Shown here in pieces: positions 41,022 to 52,244 of a DNA stretch of 64,000 nucleotides (the stretch's first letter is position 1; each line of letters starts with the position of its first letter). Below the pieces are notes generated by a model that searched no databases, was not told the DNA's origin, and worked only from the letters and a program-made list of their open reading frames with translations. A program made the position numbers and the translations under genes. Source of the stretch: Candidatus Latescibacterota bacterium (lineage in GTDB: Bacteria > Krumholzibacteriota > Krumholzibacteriia > WVZY01); the NCBI GenBank assembly GCA_963791045.1, contig CAWBQK010000011.1, forward strand, positions 320,001-384,000, written 5' to 3'.

Positions 41022-42187
41022 ATGAGGGACATGTCGGATGATATGTGGGCGCTGGTGTTCGATCGGTCAAAGGACGAATGGGAAAAAGTCGGGGGTTGCG
41101 CAAGGTGCGAGTCAAAAAGCCGATTCTCGATGAAAAAACCCGCTCGACGCCGAGCGCGTCGTTATAAAGGTTCTTTACTCAGGTGTGTGCGGGTCGGACA
41201 AGGGGATCTGGATCGAAATGCGTTCAAGGATATGATTTACGATTCGCTCGATGAGGAACGCAAGGATGTCCGCATAACCGGGCACGAGTTGCTCGGCCAG
41301 GTTGTCGATGCGGGGTCGCTCGCGGATAAACACTACGGGTTTCGCGCGGGAGACATCGTTACCACCGAATCGCATATCACATGCGGCAAATGTCTCCAAT
41401 GCCGGATCGGGCAACGCGAGGTTTGCCAGGACGAGTTGATTATTGGTTTTTCGCTCGATGGGTGTTTTGCCGAATACATCAAGCTTCCCGCCGAGGTGTT
41501 GTGGAAGAGCGATCCCAAGAAGATCCGCAAGGAAGTCGGCGCGATCCAGGAGCCCTTTGGCAATGCGGTTCACGCGTGCACGAAGGTTGATCTGCGAGGC
41601 AAGAGCCTGGCGATCTTTGGATGCGGGACGATCGGGATGTTTACCGATTCTAACCGCCAAAGCGCTGGGCGTATCAAGGATCATCGGCATCGAACCCAAC
41701 GAAGACAACGCAGAGCTCGCCGAACGGATTGGTGTCGACAAGGTCGTGCGTTTCAAACCAAGCGATGATTGGAGAGCAACCCTGCTGTCGTCAAAGAGGT
41801 TCGGGAGTTTGGCGGCGACGGCGTCGATGTGGCGATCGAGATGGCTGGATACAATTCATCGGTGAATAACGCATTGCGGTCGGTGCGCATGGGTGGCGAG
41901 GTTGTGTTGTTTGGCATCAAGAGCGGGGATTTTCAGATCGAAGAGTTCTCGCATGTGATCGTGGCGGGGAATCACGATGTACAGCGTGATTGGACGGCGG
42001 ATTTTTGAGACGTGGAATATTTCGACAAATCTCCTCGAAGCACGAGAGAATCAAAATTCAGGACAGGATATTCAATGTAATCCTGAACGAAGGCAAGGAC
42101 ACGGTGATCCCGATCGAAGACTACGATCCCGAGGATTTCGAGAAACGGATGATGTCGCATCCGAAAGTTCTAATCAAGTGGTCATAA
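41022..42187 (+). CDS. tdh: L-threonine 3-dehydrogenase-like Zn-dependent dehydrogenase (apparent indels)
   Basis: VCGSD, GHE, ESHITCGKCLQC...C, EPFGNAVH, GCGTIG, GRRIFETW; directly upstream of kbl. Confidence 0.8.
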
Positions 42188-42217
42188 GCGGCGAACAGAT
42201 ACTAAGGAGGAGACAGA

Positions 42218-43411
42218 ATGTACGGTGCGTTGAAAGAGGTGTTGGGTAAGGAGCTGGGTTCGATCAGGGATGCGGGGCTTTTCAAGGACGAACGGATGAT
42301 CCTCAGTCCGCAGGCCGCGAAAATAAAAGTCAAGGACGGGGATGTCATTAATTTCTGCGCGAACAACTATCTCGGGCTTGTCGTCGCATCCGCAACATAA
42401 TCGAAGCGGCGCACCACGGGCCTCGACGGCTGGGGGTTTGGAATGTCTTCCGTGCGGTTTATCTGCGGAACCCAGGACATCCACAAACAGCTCGAGGCGA
42501 AAGATCGCCGACTTTCCTCGGCATGGACGACACCATCCTCTACACGTCATGTTTTGACGCCAACGGCGGTCTCTTCGAAGCAATCCTCGGCGAGAAGGAC
42601 GCATCATCAGCGATCAGCTCAACCATGCGAGCATCATCGACGGCGTCCGTCTGTGCAAAGCGGACCGCAAGCGGTACCTCAACAGCGACATGAACGATCT
42701 CGAGGACAAACTCAAAGAATCCAAAAACCAACGTGTCTGAGACTGATCGCCACCGATGGCGTGTTCAGCATGGACGGATTACATCGCAAAGCTCGGCGAG
42801 ATCTGCGATCTCGCGGAAAAATACGACGCGCTCGTTATGGTGGATGATTCCCACGCCACGGGTTTTGTCGGCAAAACGGGCCGCGGCACTCCCGAGCATC
42901 GCGACGTCATGGGCCGGATCGACATCATTACATCGACGCTTGGCAAAGCGCTTGGCGGCGCCTCGGGCGGGTTTACCGCGGCGACGGCAAGAGATCATCG
43001 ACTTTTTCCGCCAGCGTTCGCGTCCTTATCTTTTCTCGAACACGCTGGCGCCGTCGATCGTCATGGCGGGGCTCGACGTCTCGATCTTCTCGAGGAGACG
43101 ACAGAGCTTCGCGACAAACTCGAAACAAATACCACTTATTTCCGCGAGCAAGATGACAAGGCGGGATTTGACATCAAAGAAGGCACTCACCCGATCGTTC
43201 CTGATCATGCTCGGTGACGCCAAGCTCGCCGCGGATATTGCCAGCCGATCTTCTCGGTCAAGGAATTTATGTGATCGGATTTAGCTTTCCCGTGGTGCCG
43301 AAGGGTGAGGCGCGGATCCGCGTTCAGATTTCCGCGGCGACACGAGCGCGAACATCTCGATCAAGGCCGTTGAGGCGTTCACCAAGATGGGCCGCAAACA
43401 CGGCGTCGTAA
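42218..43411 (+). CDS. kbl: 2-amino-3-ketobutyrate CoA ligase (glycine C-acetyltransferase; apparent indels)
   Basis: [79 protein letters not shown]. Confidence 0.9.
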
Positions 43412-43433
43412 GCTGATCCGGCGGAGACGGAAG

Positions 43434-44353
43434 ATGAGTATGAGATCAGAATATTCTGCGCGTAGTTTTGTTGCCGTCGTCGTGATGTGCGCGCTTCCCG
43501 CTGCGGGAGCCGCGCAAGTTGATTTCAGCAGTCACTGGCATGACGGCAAAGCCGAGTTCGATGGTTACCGGCTCGTCGTCGAGCCGGTACGGCAGGAGCG
43601 AGCGGGAACCTGCGTGATGATTTATGTCACCGAACCGTTCAGCGAATCCAGGCGGGTCAAGGTCGACGATCCGGACAAAAATCCCGGAGACACGTTTGAC
43701 GTCTTGAAACTCAACCTCGTTCGTGATTTCCAAACGGGGATCTATGATTACAACACCATGGTGTCTGTTTTTTCCCGGACGTCCGACTTTTCTCCGGCGA
43801 AAATACGTTTACGAGCGCCGAGTGGTGTGGTCACGTGTTCGAGAAACTTCTTTTCTATCCCGAAAACATCACCGGCTACTACCACAGCTATTTCGAGGAC
43901 GAGTCCGGTGAACGACGCTTGAAAAACCACGCCAACGGCGTGGTTGAGGATAACCTGTTCATCCTTCTCAGGGGACTTCGCGGACACTATCTCGAGCCCG
44001 GCGCGTCAAAAAGTGCGCGGCTTTTGCCGAGCGTTTACTACGGACGGCTCACGCACAAATCGCTCGAGTGGGAAGACGCGGAGATCTCGAGGCTCGACAA
44101 GACCGAGACGATTACGGTTCCCGCCGGTTCTTTCAAAACGATCGTTTACAAGGTCAAGACCGGTGACCGCAATGGGACGTACTATGTTGAAAGCGAGTAC
44201 CCACACCGGATCGTTCGCTGGGAAATGCTTCCCGACATCAAGGGAGAGCTGACCGGTTCGAAACGGATGGCGTACTGGGGGCTCAACAAAAATGGAGACG
44301 AAATCCATCTCAACGATATAGGACTCGGGACTCCTGTCCCCACAGGGAAATAA
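43434..44353 (+). CDS. Secreted conserved hypothetical protein (indel near 43805)
   Basis: Signal peptide; W.DGKAE, YVTEPF, VLKLN, FQTGIY.Y, EWCG, SYFE, YWG motifs across ORFs 43434-43922 and 43835-44353. Confidence 0.65.
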
Positions 44354-44378
44354 CTCTTCAACCAGAGGGAGGCTCGCG

Positions 44379-45203
44379 ATGCGAAACGCGAAACTGGTTC
44401 TCGGTAGCCTGTTGGTTCTCACATTCGCCTTGTCCGCCGCACACGCCGGTACGGTCATGGTCGTCGATACCTGGGCGTACGATCAGTTCTCCGATAGCGG
44501 TACGCACACCTGGTATTTGGAGCCCACCATGGCGCGGATCGAGTTCAAGACGGATAGCGAAGAAACCTGGGTCATTTATGACCTCTCGAACAGGGATGAG
44601 CCGGTGATGTTTATCATCGAGCCGGCCACGAATTCCTATATGACGCTGGACAAGAAATCGCTCGATAAGGCTGAGGGAAAAATGCGTGAAGGCATGGAGA
44701 TGATGGAAAACTACATGTCCAGTATGCCCGCCGAACAACGCGATGCGATCAAAAAGCAATACGGAAAACAGATCCGTCAGGCGGAGAAGATGATGTATTA
44801 CGAAGACAGAATGAAAAAGATGAAGTATGAAAAAGTCGCCGGCGGAGAAAAAATAGAAGAGTGGACGTGCGATCATTACAAGGCCACGTTCAAAGATGAA
44901 GTCTACAAAGAGATCTGGGTGGCGCCGTGGGACGGGCTTGGAGTTGGATATGACGACCTCGCCGTTCTGGCTTCGATGGCCGAGATGTTCAAAGGTTTTG
45001 CCGGCGAGATGATTCCCTTTATGGACAAGAAGGCGGAAGGCGACAGCGGAGCCATAACAGGCTTTCCTGTAAAGACATACATGTTTGATGACGGCAAAAA
45101 GGTTGTCAAACAGGAAGTCAAGGAAGTGCGGAAAGAAGATATCGACGCCAAGCTGTTTGAATTGCCCGAAGGTTTTGACGAAAAGGAACCGGTCTTTCAA
45201 TAG
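44379..45203 (+). CDS. Secreted DUF4412-like protein (paralog 1)
   Basis: Signal peptide AHA; E.I.EWTCDHY, EIWVA, GFPVK, LFELPEG. Confidence 0.7.
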   Translation: MRNAKLVLGSLLVLTFALSAAHAGTVMVVDTWAYDQFSDSGTHTWYLEPTMARIEFKTDSEETWVIYDLSNRDEPVMFIIEPATNSYMTLDKKSLDKAEGKMREGMEMMENYMSSMPAEQRDAIKKQYGKQIRQAEKMMYYEDRMKKMKYEKVAGGEKIEEWTCDHYKATFKDEVYKEIWVAPWDGLGVGYDDLAVLASMAEMFKGFAGEMIPFMDKKAEGDSGAITGFPVKTYMFDDGKKVVKQEVKEVRKEDIDAKLFELPEGFDEKEPVFQ

Positions 45204-45252
45204 AGCCGGATGATGTTTAATTTTGAACGAGTTTATTGGAGGTTCATTCTTA

Positions 45253-46080
45253 ATGATCAGATCAATCAATGTTCACCGCAGCTGTTTGCTCCTCCTTGTT
45301 GCGGCGGTCATGACGGTTCCGGTGTTTGTTTCGGTGGCGACGGCGGGAACCGTGGTCACGCTCCACACTGAGTATTTCAGTCCCGACCGGGCCGACGAGA
45401 ATGCGACGGTCTATTTCGACAAGAACTGCGTGCGATTCGACGCCATGCAGGACGATCAGGACATCGCGCTGATTTTCAGGAACGATCTCGACTCTGGTCC
45501 GGTCTGCTGGGTGGTCGACAATACGAAAGGCACGTACTTCGAGGTCAATGAGGAAACCGTCAAGGAGATTCAGGAACAGATCGTGCAGGCCAAGGCCATG
45601 ATGGAAGAGCAGCTGAAAAACGTTCCGCCGGAAACCCGCGCGCAGTACCAGAAAATGATCGAAGAGAAGATGGGAAAGGTCGGCCGCACCGATCTCGACA
45701 TCGAATTCAAGGAAGTCGCGTCCGGAGTGAAAGTCAACGCCTGGAAATGCAAACAGTACGAGTCGTTTGTTGATGGGGCAAAACACGAAGATGTGTGGGC
45801 GGCGCCGGCCGGGGATCTCGGGCTGACCAACGCAGACCTCCAGGTGCTTCGTGGGATGAGCGAGCTCTTTTCGGGGATCAGCCCCGAGACGAACGCGTTT
45901 TTCCAGGTGGGCAAAGAGGGCAAGCGAGGATTCGAGGGATTTCCCGTTCTGGTTGTCGAGTACATGGATGGCGAGAAACATGAGAAATCGGAAGTAAAAT
46001 CGGTCGTTCAAAGAGACCTCGCCAAACATATCTTCGAGCTTCCCGAGGGCGCCAAAAAACAGGTGCTGCCCGGGCAGTGA
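45253..46080 (+). CDS. Secreted DUF4412-like protein (paralog 2)
   Basis: Signal peptide; WKCKQY, DVWAA, GFPVL, IFELPEG; collinear with paralog 1. Confidence 0.7.
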   Translation: MIRSINVHRSCLLLLVAAVMTVPVFVSVATAGTVVTLHTEYFSPDRADENATVYFDKNCVRFDAMQDDQDIALIFRNDLDSGPVCWVVDNTKGTYFEVNEETVKEIQEQIVQAKAMMEEQLKNVPPETRAQYQKMIEEKMGKVGRTDLDIEFKEVASGVKVNAWKCKQYESFVDGAKHEDVWAAPAGDLGLTNADLQVLRGMSELFSGISPETNAFFQVGKEGKRGFEGFPVLVVEYMDGEKHEKSEVKSVVQRDLAKHIFELPEGAKKQVLPGQ

Positions 46081-46188
46081 TTTTTTTAGCCGCGCCCGTC
46101 TGAAAACAGGCGATCGGGTTTGATTGCAACTTTTTGCGCGAGCCTCGCGTAGACATTGTATCCCGTTCGATTCCAGTTGGAGGCTGAA

Positions 46189-47199
46189 ATGCGCCCCTTT
46201 GAGATGCTCGTGAAGTCGCTTGTGTCTATTGTTGTCCTCGCTTTTGCGGTTGTGTGCCTCGCGCCCGTCGCCGAAGCCCGCTCGTTCGACATCGCGTATA
46301 AAGACGTTGGAATCGGCTTCGGAAATTCCAAGAGACTCACCGGGCTCCGTTTCAATCTCAGAGACCGCGGCGTCGAAGAAATCAACGGGATTAACGCAAC
46401 CTTTTGGCTTCCCGGCGAGAACCCCGATGCGACTATTCGCGGATTGTCGCTCGCCCTCTTAGGAATTGATGCCTACAAACTCCAGGGTGTGAATCTTGGC
46501 CTGATCGGTCTGTCGGGCGGCTATGTGTCGGGAATCAGTGTGGGGCTCATCGGCCTGGCTGCATCAGAGCGTCTCGACGGGATCGGCATCGGGGGTATCG
46601 GTTTGGGTGGCGGCGATTTCCGGGGGCTCATGATCGGCGGAATCGGACTTGGCGGGGATAACATAACCGGCGTCGCCATCGGTGGAATCGGTGTCGGTGC
46701 GACATCGATCCGCGGTCTTGGTTTCGGCCTGATCGGCGTGGGTGCGGAAGAAGTCCGGGGCGTGTGCATCGGCGGGATCGGTGTGGGCGGCGAAGGAATC
46801 AAGGGCGTGTGCATCGGTGGAATCGGCGTGGGCGCGGAGGAGTTTTCGGGCGCCGGCCTGGGACTCATCGGCGTGGGCGGTGAGGCCCTTACCGGGTTTT
46901 TTGTTGGCGGAGTAGGTGTCGGGGCCGAAGACCTCAGGGGTGTCGGTCTCGCGATTGTCGGCACGGCCGGCCAAACACTCAAAGGCGGGGCCGCTGCAGC
47001 CATTTGGACCCAGTTCGACGATGCGCGCTGGTTTACGGCGGGCGGGGTCAACCGCGCGAGGTACCGGATGACCGGGCTGCAGATCGGTATTATCAACACC
47101 GCGAGAAATCTCCACGGCATTCAGATTGGTCTTATCAACCACGCGGGCAACAACCGCAAGTGGCTTCGTTACCTTCCCTTTATTAACATGCATTTATAG
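46189..47199 (+). CDS. Secreted Gly-rich 15-aa repeat protein (LA_2272-like beta-solenoid)
   Basis: Signal peptide AEA; repeats GxxIGGIGVGAEEx; C-terminal GLQIGIIN/GIQIGLIN...LPFIN. Confidence 0.75.
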   Translation: MRPFEMLVKSLVSIVVLAFAVVCLAPVAEARSFDIAYKDVGIGFGNSKRLTGLRFNLRDRGVEEINGINATFWLPGENPDATIRGLSLALLGIDAYKLQGVNLGLIGLSGGYVSGISVGLIGLAASERLDGIGIGGIGLGGGDFRGLMIGGIGLGGDNITGVAIGGIGVGATSIRGLGFGLIGVGAEEVRGVCIGGIGVGGEGIKGVCIGGIGVGAEEFSGAGLGLIGVGGEALTGFFVGGVGVGAEDLRGVGLAIVGTAGQTLKGGAAAAIWTQFDDARWFTAGGVNRARYRMTGLQIGIINTARNLHGIQIGLINHAGNNRKWLRYLPFINMHL

Positions 47200-47212
47200 C
47201 GTCTGTGTCAGT

Positions 47213-48391
47213 TCAGTCGGTGGGGACTTTGCGTGGGCCGCGCCAGATCGAACCCGATCCAAAACGTTCCTGGAGATTGTCGAGAAGATGATCCATCTTC
47301 TCGCGCGTTTCTTCCTTTGTGTCCGGAAAGAGTTCCGGCTGTTCCTGTGCCGGTCTCACCAGGTGTGACACAGACACGCCAACCAGACGAAGCGATCGGT
47401 TGCCGCGCTCGAGCCGCGCGTCGAAAAGCTCGCGCGCTGTTTCCTGAACCGCCTGGGTTGAAGCGGTGGCCGCGGGGAGTGTCAGCGCCCTTGTGACCGT
47501 TGTGAAATCAGCATAGCGGGCTTTCAGATGAATCGTGTGCGCCCGGTATCCTTCAGCTCTCAACCGTTTTGCGACACGCTCTGAAAGCGTTTTGATGTGG
47601 CCGTGCAGTATGTCCGCCTCGCCGATATCCTCGGCGAATGTCGTTTCCGCGCCGATTGATTTGGACTCGTCGCCGACCACCACGGGACGGTCGTCGTTGC
47701 CCTGTGCAAGTTCGCGTAGCTTCCGCGCGTGCGATCCCACAATCGCCTCGAGCTGTGTTTGAGGACAACGCAGAAGATCAGAGATGGTTTTGATTCCCTC
47801 GGCTGCCAGATGCTTTTGAGTGACTTTCCCCACGCCCCACAACCTTTCAACGGGGAGGGGTGCGAGTCGCGCCGCGGCTTCGCCGGGACGGATCACAACA
47901 AGTCCGTCCGGTTTTTCCAGATCGCTGGCCAGTTTCGCCAGGAACTTGTTTGTCGAAACTCCCACCGAGGCAGTCAAACCGGTTTCGTCACGTACTTTCC
48001 TTTTGATCATCTTCGCGATTTCCGTCGCGGGTCCAAAGAGTTTGCGGCTGCCGGTCACATCGAGAAACGCCTCGTCTATTGATATAGGTTCGACGAGCGG
48101 TGTGTATTCGCCGAAGATAGCCCGGATCTCCTTTGCGACAGTCACATAATGATCCATGCGCGGGGAGATCACGATCAGTTCGGGGCAGGCTTTGAGCGCT
48201 CGATACGCGCTCATCGCGCTGTGGATACCATACTTGCGGGCTTCGTACGAGGCGGCGGCGACGACGCCCCGCCGCTCCGGCGTTCCGCCGACGACAACGG
48301 GTTTCCCTTCGAGAGCCGGGTTGTCCCGGATTTCGATTGAGGCGTAAAACGCGTCCATGTCGACGTGTAGGATTGCTCTGATGTCGCTCAT
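47213..48391 (-). CDS. dinB: DNA polymerase IV
   Basis: HVDMDAFYASIE, ASYEARKYG, SIDEAFLD, NKFLAKLAS..KPDG, KSIG.E.TF. Confidence 0.96.
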   Translation of the reverse strand: MSDIRAILHVDMDAFYASIEIRDNPALEGKPVVVGGTPERRGVVAAASYEARKYGIHSAMSAYRALKACPELIVISPRMDHYVTVAKEIRAIFGEYTPLVEPISIDEAFLDVTGSRKLFGPATEIAKMIKRKVRDETGLTASVGVSTNKFLAKLASDLEKPDGLVVIRPGEAAARLAPLPVERLWGVGKVTQKHLAAEGIKTISDLLRCPQTQLEAIVGSHARKLRELAQGNDDRPVVVGDESKSIGAETTFAEDIGEADILHGHIKTLSERVAKRLRAEGYRAHTIHLKARYADFTTVTRALTLPAATASTQAVQETARELFDARLERGNRSLRLVGVSVSHLVRPAQEQPELFPDTKEETREKMDHLLDNLQERFGSGSIWRGPRKVPTD

Positions 48392-48544
48392 CGGCCGATC
48401 CTAGCACAACGCGATTGTGTCGTCGCCACTTTCCCATTACTTCACCTTGTGATATGCTCAATCGGTTGACCTGTTGTGGTCAATCCGCCGATCGCACAAA
48501 CCCTGGAGCACGCGATCCCACCCAAACCCCCGAGAGAGGCCCAA

Positions 48545-49579
48545 ATGAGCGCCTTACCCAAACGTTTAATTCTGATTTCCATAGTTGTGTTAATCGCCGG
48601 CGTTCTTTCGTGCGCACAGCAGGAAAAAACGACGCGGCCCGACTTCGTCCTTGTTGTTCATGGAGGGGCGGGAACGATTCTCAAAGAAAATATGACGCCC
48701 GAGCAGGAGCGCGCATACACAGAGAAACTCACCGAGGCCATGAAGCGCGGTTATGAAATTCTCGACAACGATGGGACTGCGCTAAGCGCGGTCGAGGCGA
48801 CGATCCGCGTTCTCGAGGATTCGCCGCTTTTCAACGCCGGCAAAGGCGCTGTGTTTACCGGCGAGGGAAAAAACGAACTCGATGCTTCAATAATGGACGG
48901 CGAAACGTTGAACGCAGGCGCGGTAGCGTCGGTGACGACAATAAAACATCCGATCAGCGCGGCGCGCACCGTCATGCTCGATTCAGAGCACGTTCTTCTT
49001 GTCGGCGCCGGAGCGGAAATGTTTGCCGCGGAACAGGGGCTCGAAATCGTCAAGCCGGATTATTTCTTCGATCAAAACCGCTGGGATCAACTTCTCAAGG
49101 CGAAGGAAAAAGATAAGATGTCGCTTGCGCCGTCGACGGAGAAGAAGAAGGACAAGTATGGCACGGTGGGCGCCCTCGCGCTCGACCGCAAGGGAAACCT
49201 TGCCGCCGGGACATCGACTGGCGGACTCACGAACAAACGCCACGGGCGCGTGGGAGATTCACCGATCATAGGTGCCGGAACATATTCAAATAACAAGACT
49301 TGCGCTGTTTCCGGGACCGGACAGGGCGAGTTCTTCATGCGGCACCTCATTGCCTATTCGGTGTCGGCGATTATGGAGTTCGAGGGCGCTAGTGTCGATG
49401 AGGCCGCGAACAAGATCATCCACGAAACGCTGACCGGGGACAAAGGGGACGGTGGGATCATCGCTCTCGACAAGGATGGCAACTTTGCGATGCCCTTCAA
49501 CACTCCGGGTATGTACCGCGGTTGGGTCGAGGCGGGCGGCGAAATTCACGTATTGATGTATGAGGAAGATGCAAAATAG
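48545..49579 (+). CDS. iaaA: Isoaspartyl peptidase / plant-type L-asparaginase, lipoprotein
   Basis: VLSC lipobox, HGGAG, FNAGKG, GTVGA nucleophile Thr, TSTGG, GRVGDSP, SGTGQGE. Confidence 0.93.
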   Translation: MSALPKRLILISIVVLIAGVLSCAQQEKTTRPDFVLVVHGGAGTILKENMTPEQERAYTEKLTEAMKRGYEILDNDGTALSAVEATIRVLEDSPLFNAGKGAVFTGEGKNELDASIMDGETLNAGAVASVTTIKHPISAARTVMLDSEHVLLVGAGAEMFAAEQGLEIVKPDYFFDQNRWDQLLKAKEKDKMSLAPSTEKKKDKYGTVGALALDRKGNLAAGTSTGGLTNKRHGRVGDSPIIGAGTYSNNKTCAVSGTGQGEFFMRHLIAYSVSAIMEFEGASVDEAANKIIHETLTGDKGDGGIIALDKDGNFAMPFNTPGMYRGWVEAGGEIHVLMYEEDAK

Positions 49580-49608
49580 CCGGACGGGCAGTCACAAGGG
49601 GTTGGGCA

Positions 49609-51465
49609 ATGTGGACGATACTGATTTCAACAATAAGGTTTAAAAATCGGAAACGTACGGCGCTCGGAATCGCCGTTGGAATTCTCGTTTTATCGATACT
49701 TCCACCTGCCGCGCGAGCGGCGGGCGACGAAAAAGACTGGATCACGTATTTCGAGGAGTCCGGGGGCAAGGCGACTCCGCGCTACGAAGAGACGATTGAG
49801 TACTGCCGGAGAATGGCCGATGCGTCGCGGTGGATTCATTTTACCTCCTTCGGCACGAGCCCGCAGGGGCGCGAACTCCCCCTTCTTATTGCGAGCAAGA
49901 ACAAGGCGTTTTCTCCAACGAAAGCGGCCCGGTTTCGCGAAAAAGGTGATCCCGTAGTGCTCATCCAGGCGGCGATTCACTCGGGTGAGTCGGTGGGGAA
50001 GGACGCGGGGCTGATGCTTTTCCGCGATATCGCCGTGACGGGTAAGTATCCGGAACTGCTCGACAATGTCACCGTTCTGTTTATTCCTATATTTAACGTG
50101 GACGGCCACGAGCGGTTTGGCCCACACAACCGGATCAACCAGAACGGCCCGGAGGAAATGGGGTGGCGGACCACCGCGAACTCGTTCAACCTCAACCGCG
50201 ATTTTCTCAAAGCCGACGCGCCGGAGACCCAGGCGTGGCTTGAGATGTTCAACGAATGGTCACCTGACTTCTTTATCGATTGCCACACGACCGACGGCGC
50301 CGATTACCAGTACGTCATCACCTACATTCTCGATATTTTTGGGAACATGGACGAGGACCTCACCGCGTGGACACGCGATGTGTACCTCGAAAACATAACC
50401 AAAACGATGGACGGAGTGGGGTTCCCGATTTCACCCTACGTTTTTCTTGTCGAATGGCCGAACCCGAAACGAGGAATTATAAGCTGGGTCAGCACTCCGC
50501 GCTTTGCGCAGGGGTACACGACGATGCGCAACCGTCCCGGGCTTTTGATCGAAGCGCATATGCTGAAGGAATATTCCGAGCGTGTCGCGGGGACGTACGA
50601 GATGCTGAGACACACGCTGGCGTTTTTGAACAAGGAGCGAAGCGGGCTACTTGACACGATTGACGAGGCGGAGGCGTACGCGGCGAGCCCCGCTTTCAGG
50701 GATAAGCCGTTTCCCCTCCGGTTCTGGGTCGACAAGTCGGACAGCGTAATGATCGATTTTCTTGGCGTTTCATACGAATGCGTGGAGAGCGATCTTACCG
50801 GCGGCAAGTGGTACAAGTTCAGCGGCGAGCCCGAGACGTTCAAGCTCCCGTTTTTTACAAAACAGAAAATCCTTGCGACGGCGGATCTTCCCGAAGCGTA
50901 TATCGTCCCGGCCGAGTGGACGACCGTTATCGACAAACTCGATCTCCATGGTGTTGAGTTTCACAGAACCACCGAGCCCGTTACGCTCACCGTTGGAAGC
51001 TATCGCTTTTCGGACGTCAAATGGCAGGAACGCCCGTACGAAGGCCGCCACCCCGTGAGGTTTGATGTCGAGCCCATCGAGGTGGAAATGGAGTTCGTCG
51101 CCGGCTCGGTCGTCGTCGACATGAATCAGAGCCGTTCGCGGGTTGCGGCGCATTTGCTCGAGCCCAAGGGGCCAGATTCTTTTGTTTCCTGGGGATTTTT
51201 TGATACGATTTTTGAGCAGAAAGAATACGCGGACACGTATGTTATGGAAAAGGTGGCCCGCGAGATGCTCGAGCGTGACCCGGACTTGAAGAGGGAGTTT
51301 GAAGAGAAGATGGCGGAGGATTCCGAGTTCTCATCGAACCCGCGCGGGATTTTGAACTGGTTCTACGAGCGTACACCGTATTGGGATGAGCGCAAAGACG
51401 TCTACCCGGTGGGGAAGATATTCGACCGGCGGACGATCGAAGAGCTGAATAAAACTCGGAAATGA
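49609..51465 (+). CDS. Secreted M14 zinc carboxypeptidase family protein
   Basis: IHSGE (HxxE), NVDG, NLNRD, DCH; signal peptide. Confidence 0.88.
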   Translation: MWTILISTIRFKNRKRTALGIAVGILVLSILPPAARAAGDEKDWITYFEESGGKATPRYEETIEYCRRMADASRWIHFTSFGTSPQGRELPLLIASKNKAFSPTKAARFREKGDPVVLIQAAIHSGESVGKDAGLMLFRDIAVTGKYPELLDNVTVLFIPIFNVDGHERFGPHNRINQNGPEEMGWRTTANSFNLNRDFLKADAPETQAWLEMFNEWSPDFFIDCHTTDGADYQYVITYILDIFGNMDEDLTAWTRDVYLENITKTMDGVGFPISPYVFLVEWPNPKRGIISWVSTPRFAQGYTTMRNRPGLLIEAHMLKEYSERVAGTYEMLRHTLAFLNKERSGLLDTIDEAEAYAASPAFRDKPFPLRFWVDKSDSVMIDFLGVSYECVESDLTGGKWYKFSGEPETFKLPFFTKQKILATADLPEAYIVPAEWTTVIDKLDLHGVEFHRTTEPVTLTVGSYRFSDVKWQERPYEGRHPVRFDVEPIEVEMEFVAGSVVVDMNQSRSRVAAHLLEPKGPDSFVSWGFFDTIFEQKEYADTYVMEKVAREMLERDPDLKREFEEKMAEDSEFSSNPRGILNWFYERTPYWDERKDVYPVGKIFDRRTIEELNKTRK

Positions 51466-51482
51466 GATTAGCGATTTAAGAC

Positions 51483-52070
51483 ATGGAGGTTCCGGTGCGT
51501 TTTTCTATTTTGAGAATCATGACACTTCTTTTGATATTCATCGTGACGGCGGCGCCGGTCTTTGCCGCTGACAAGGCGCTTCCGGCGGGCCATCAGTGGT
51601 TTTTGTTCGGGCACTTTCTTGGAATGATCCTTCTTATGGGGAATGTTGTCGTTTCTGCGCTGTGGATGGCGCAGGCTCGGAAAACGGCCGACCGCGGGAT
51701 TCTCTTCTGCGCTTCTAAATCGGTGGCGCGGGCGGATTGGTTGTTTACGGTGCCCGGTCTTCTTCTGATTCTCGTGCCCGGGATAGCGACGGTGGGTCCG
51801 TGGGGCGGTTTTGGCCGCGCAAGCTGGGCGGAGCTGTCGCTCGCCCTCTTTGCCCTCATCGGTCTTATCTGGGTCATGTTTCTCTTTCGGTATCAGAGAC
51901 GAATGCTCCATCTGACACGCGAGGCCGCCGAACTCAGGATCGGTCTGTCGAACGAATTTTCCAAAGTCGTGCGCCGCTGGTCGATGTGGAACGGGATCGT
52001 CACGCTGATTCTGTTGGCATCGCTCTATTTGATGGTGTTCAAACCGCACCTCTGGGGCCCGGTCGACTAA
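51483..52070 (+). CDS. DUF2269-family membrane protein
   Basis: H..G...GN, ADWLFTVPG, C-terminal LYLMVFKP; 4 TM segments. Confidence 0.75.
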   Translation: MEVPVRFSILRIMTLLLIFIVTAAPVFAADKALPAGHQWFLFGHFLGMILLMGNVVVSALWMAQARKTADRGILFCASKSVARADWLFTVPGLLLILVPGIATVGPWGGFGRASWAELSLALFALIGLIWVMFLFRYQRRMLHLTREAAELRIGLSNEFSKVVRRWSMWNGIVTLILLASLYLMVFKPHLWGPVD

Positions 52071-52126
52071 TCATGCGAGAAAAAAGACGCAATTCTGTCA
52101 CACGCGCCTGCGTCAATGGTTCTTGT

Positions 52127-52241
52127 GGAGGCGGTGGGGTCTTTCTCTGGCCCTCGCTCCGCTTCGGTCGGCTAGCCGCCTGCGGCGCCGGATCCTCCCT
52201 CGCTCCCGCGAAAGGGCCTTTCGAAAGACCACACCGCCTTC
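52127..52241. repeat. Structured intergenic repeat (REP/MITE-like), copy 2
   Basis: GGAGGCGGTGGGGTCTTT...AAAGACCACACCGCCTTC inverted termini; homologous to 29120-29232. Confidence 0.8.
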
Positions 52242-52244
52242 AGA

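Noticed and set aside
46500-46980. 45-nt periodic DNA repeat as a non-coding array
   Set aside because: It is fully explained by the 15-aa Gly-rich coding repeat, with synonymous variation
48405-48419. CACAA-N5-TTGTG palindrome upstream of dinB as an SOS box
   Set aside because: I found no matching site upstream of uvrC or ogt, so a single short palindrome is insufficient
51737-52244. 5' extension of the 507-aa ORF
   Set aside because: It overlaps the DUF2269-family gene and runs through the structured repeat; protein-like sequence begins near 52245
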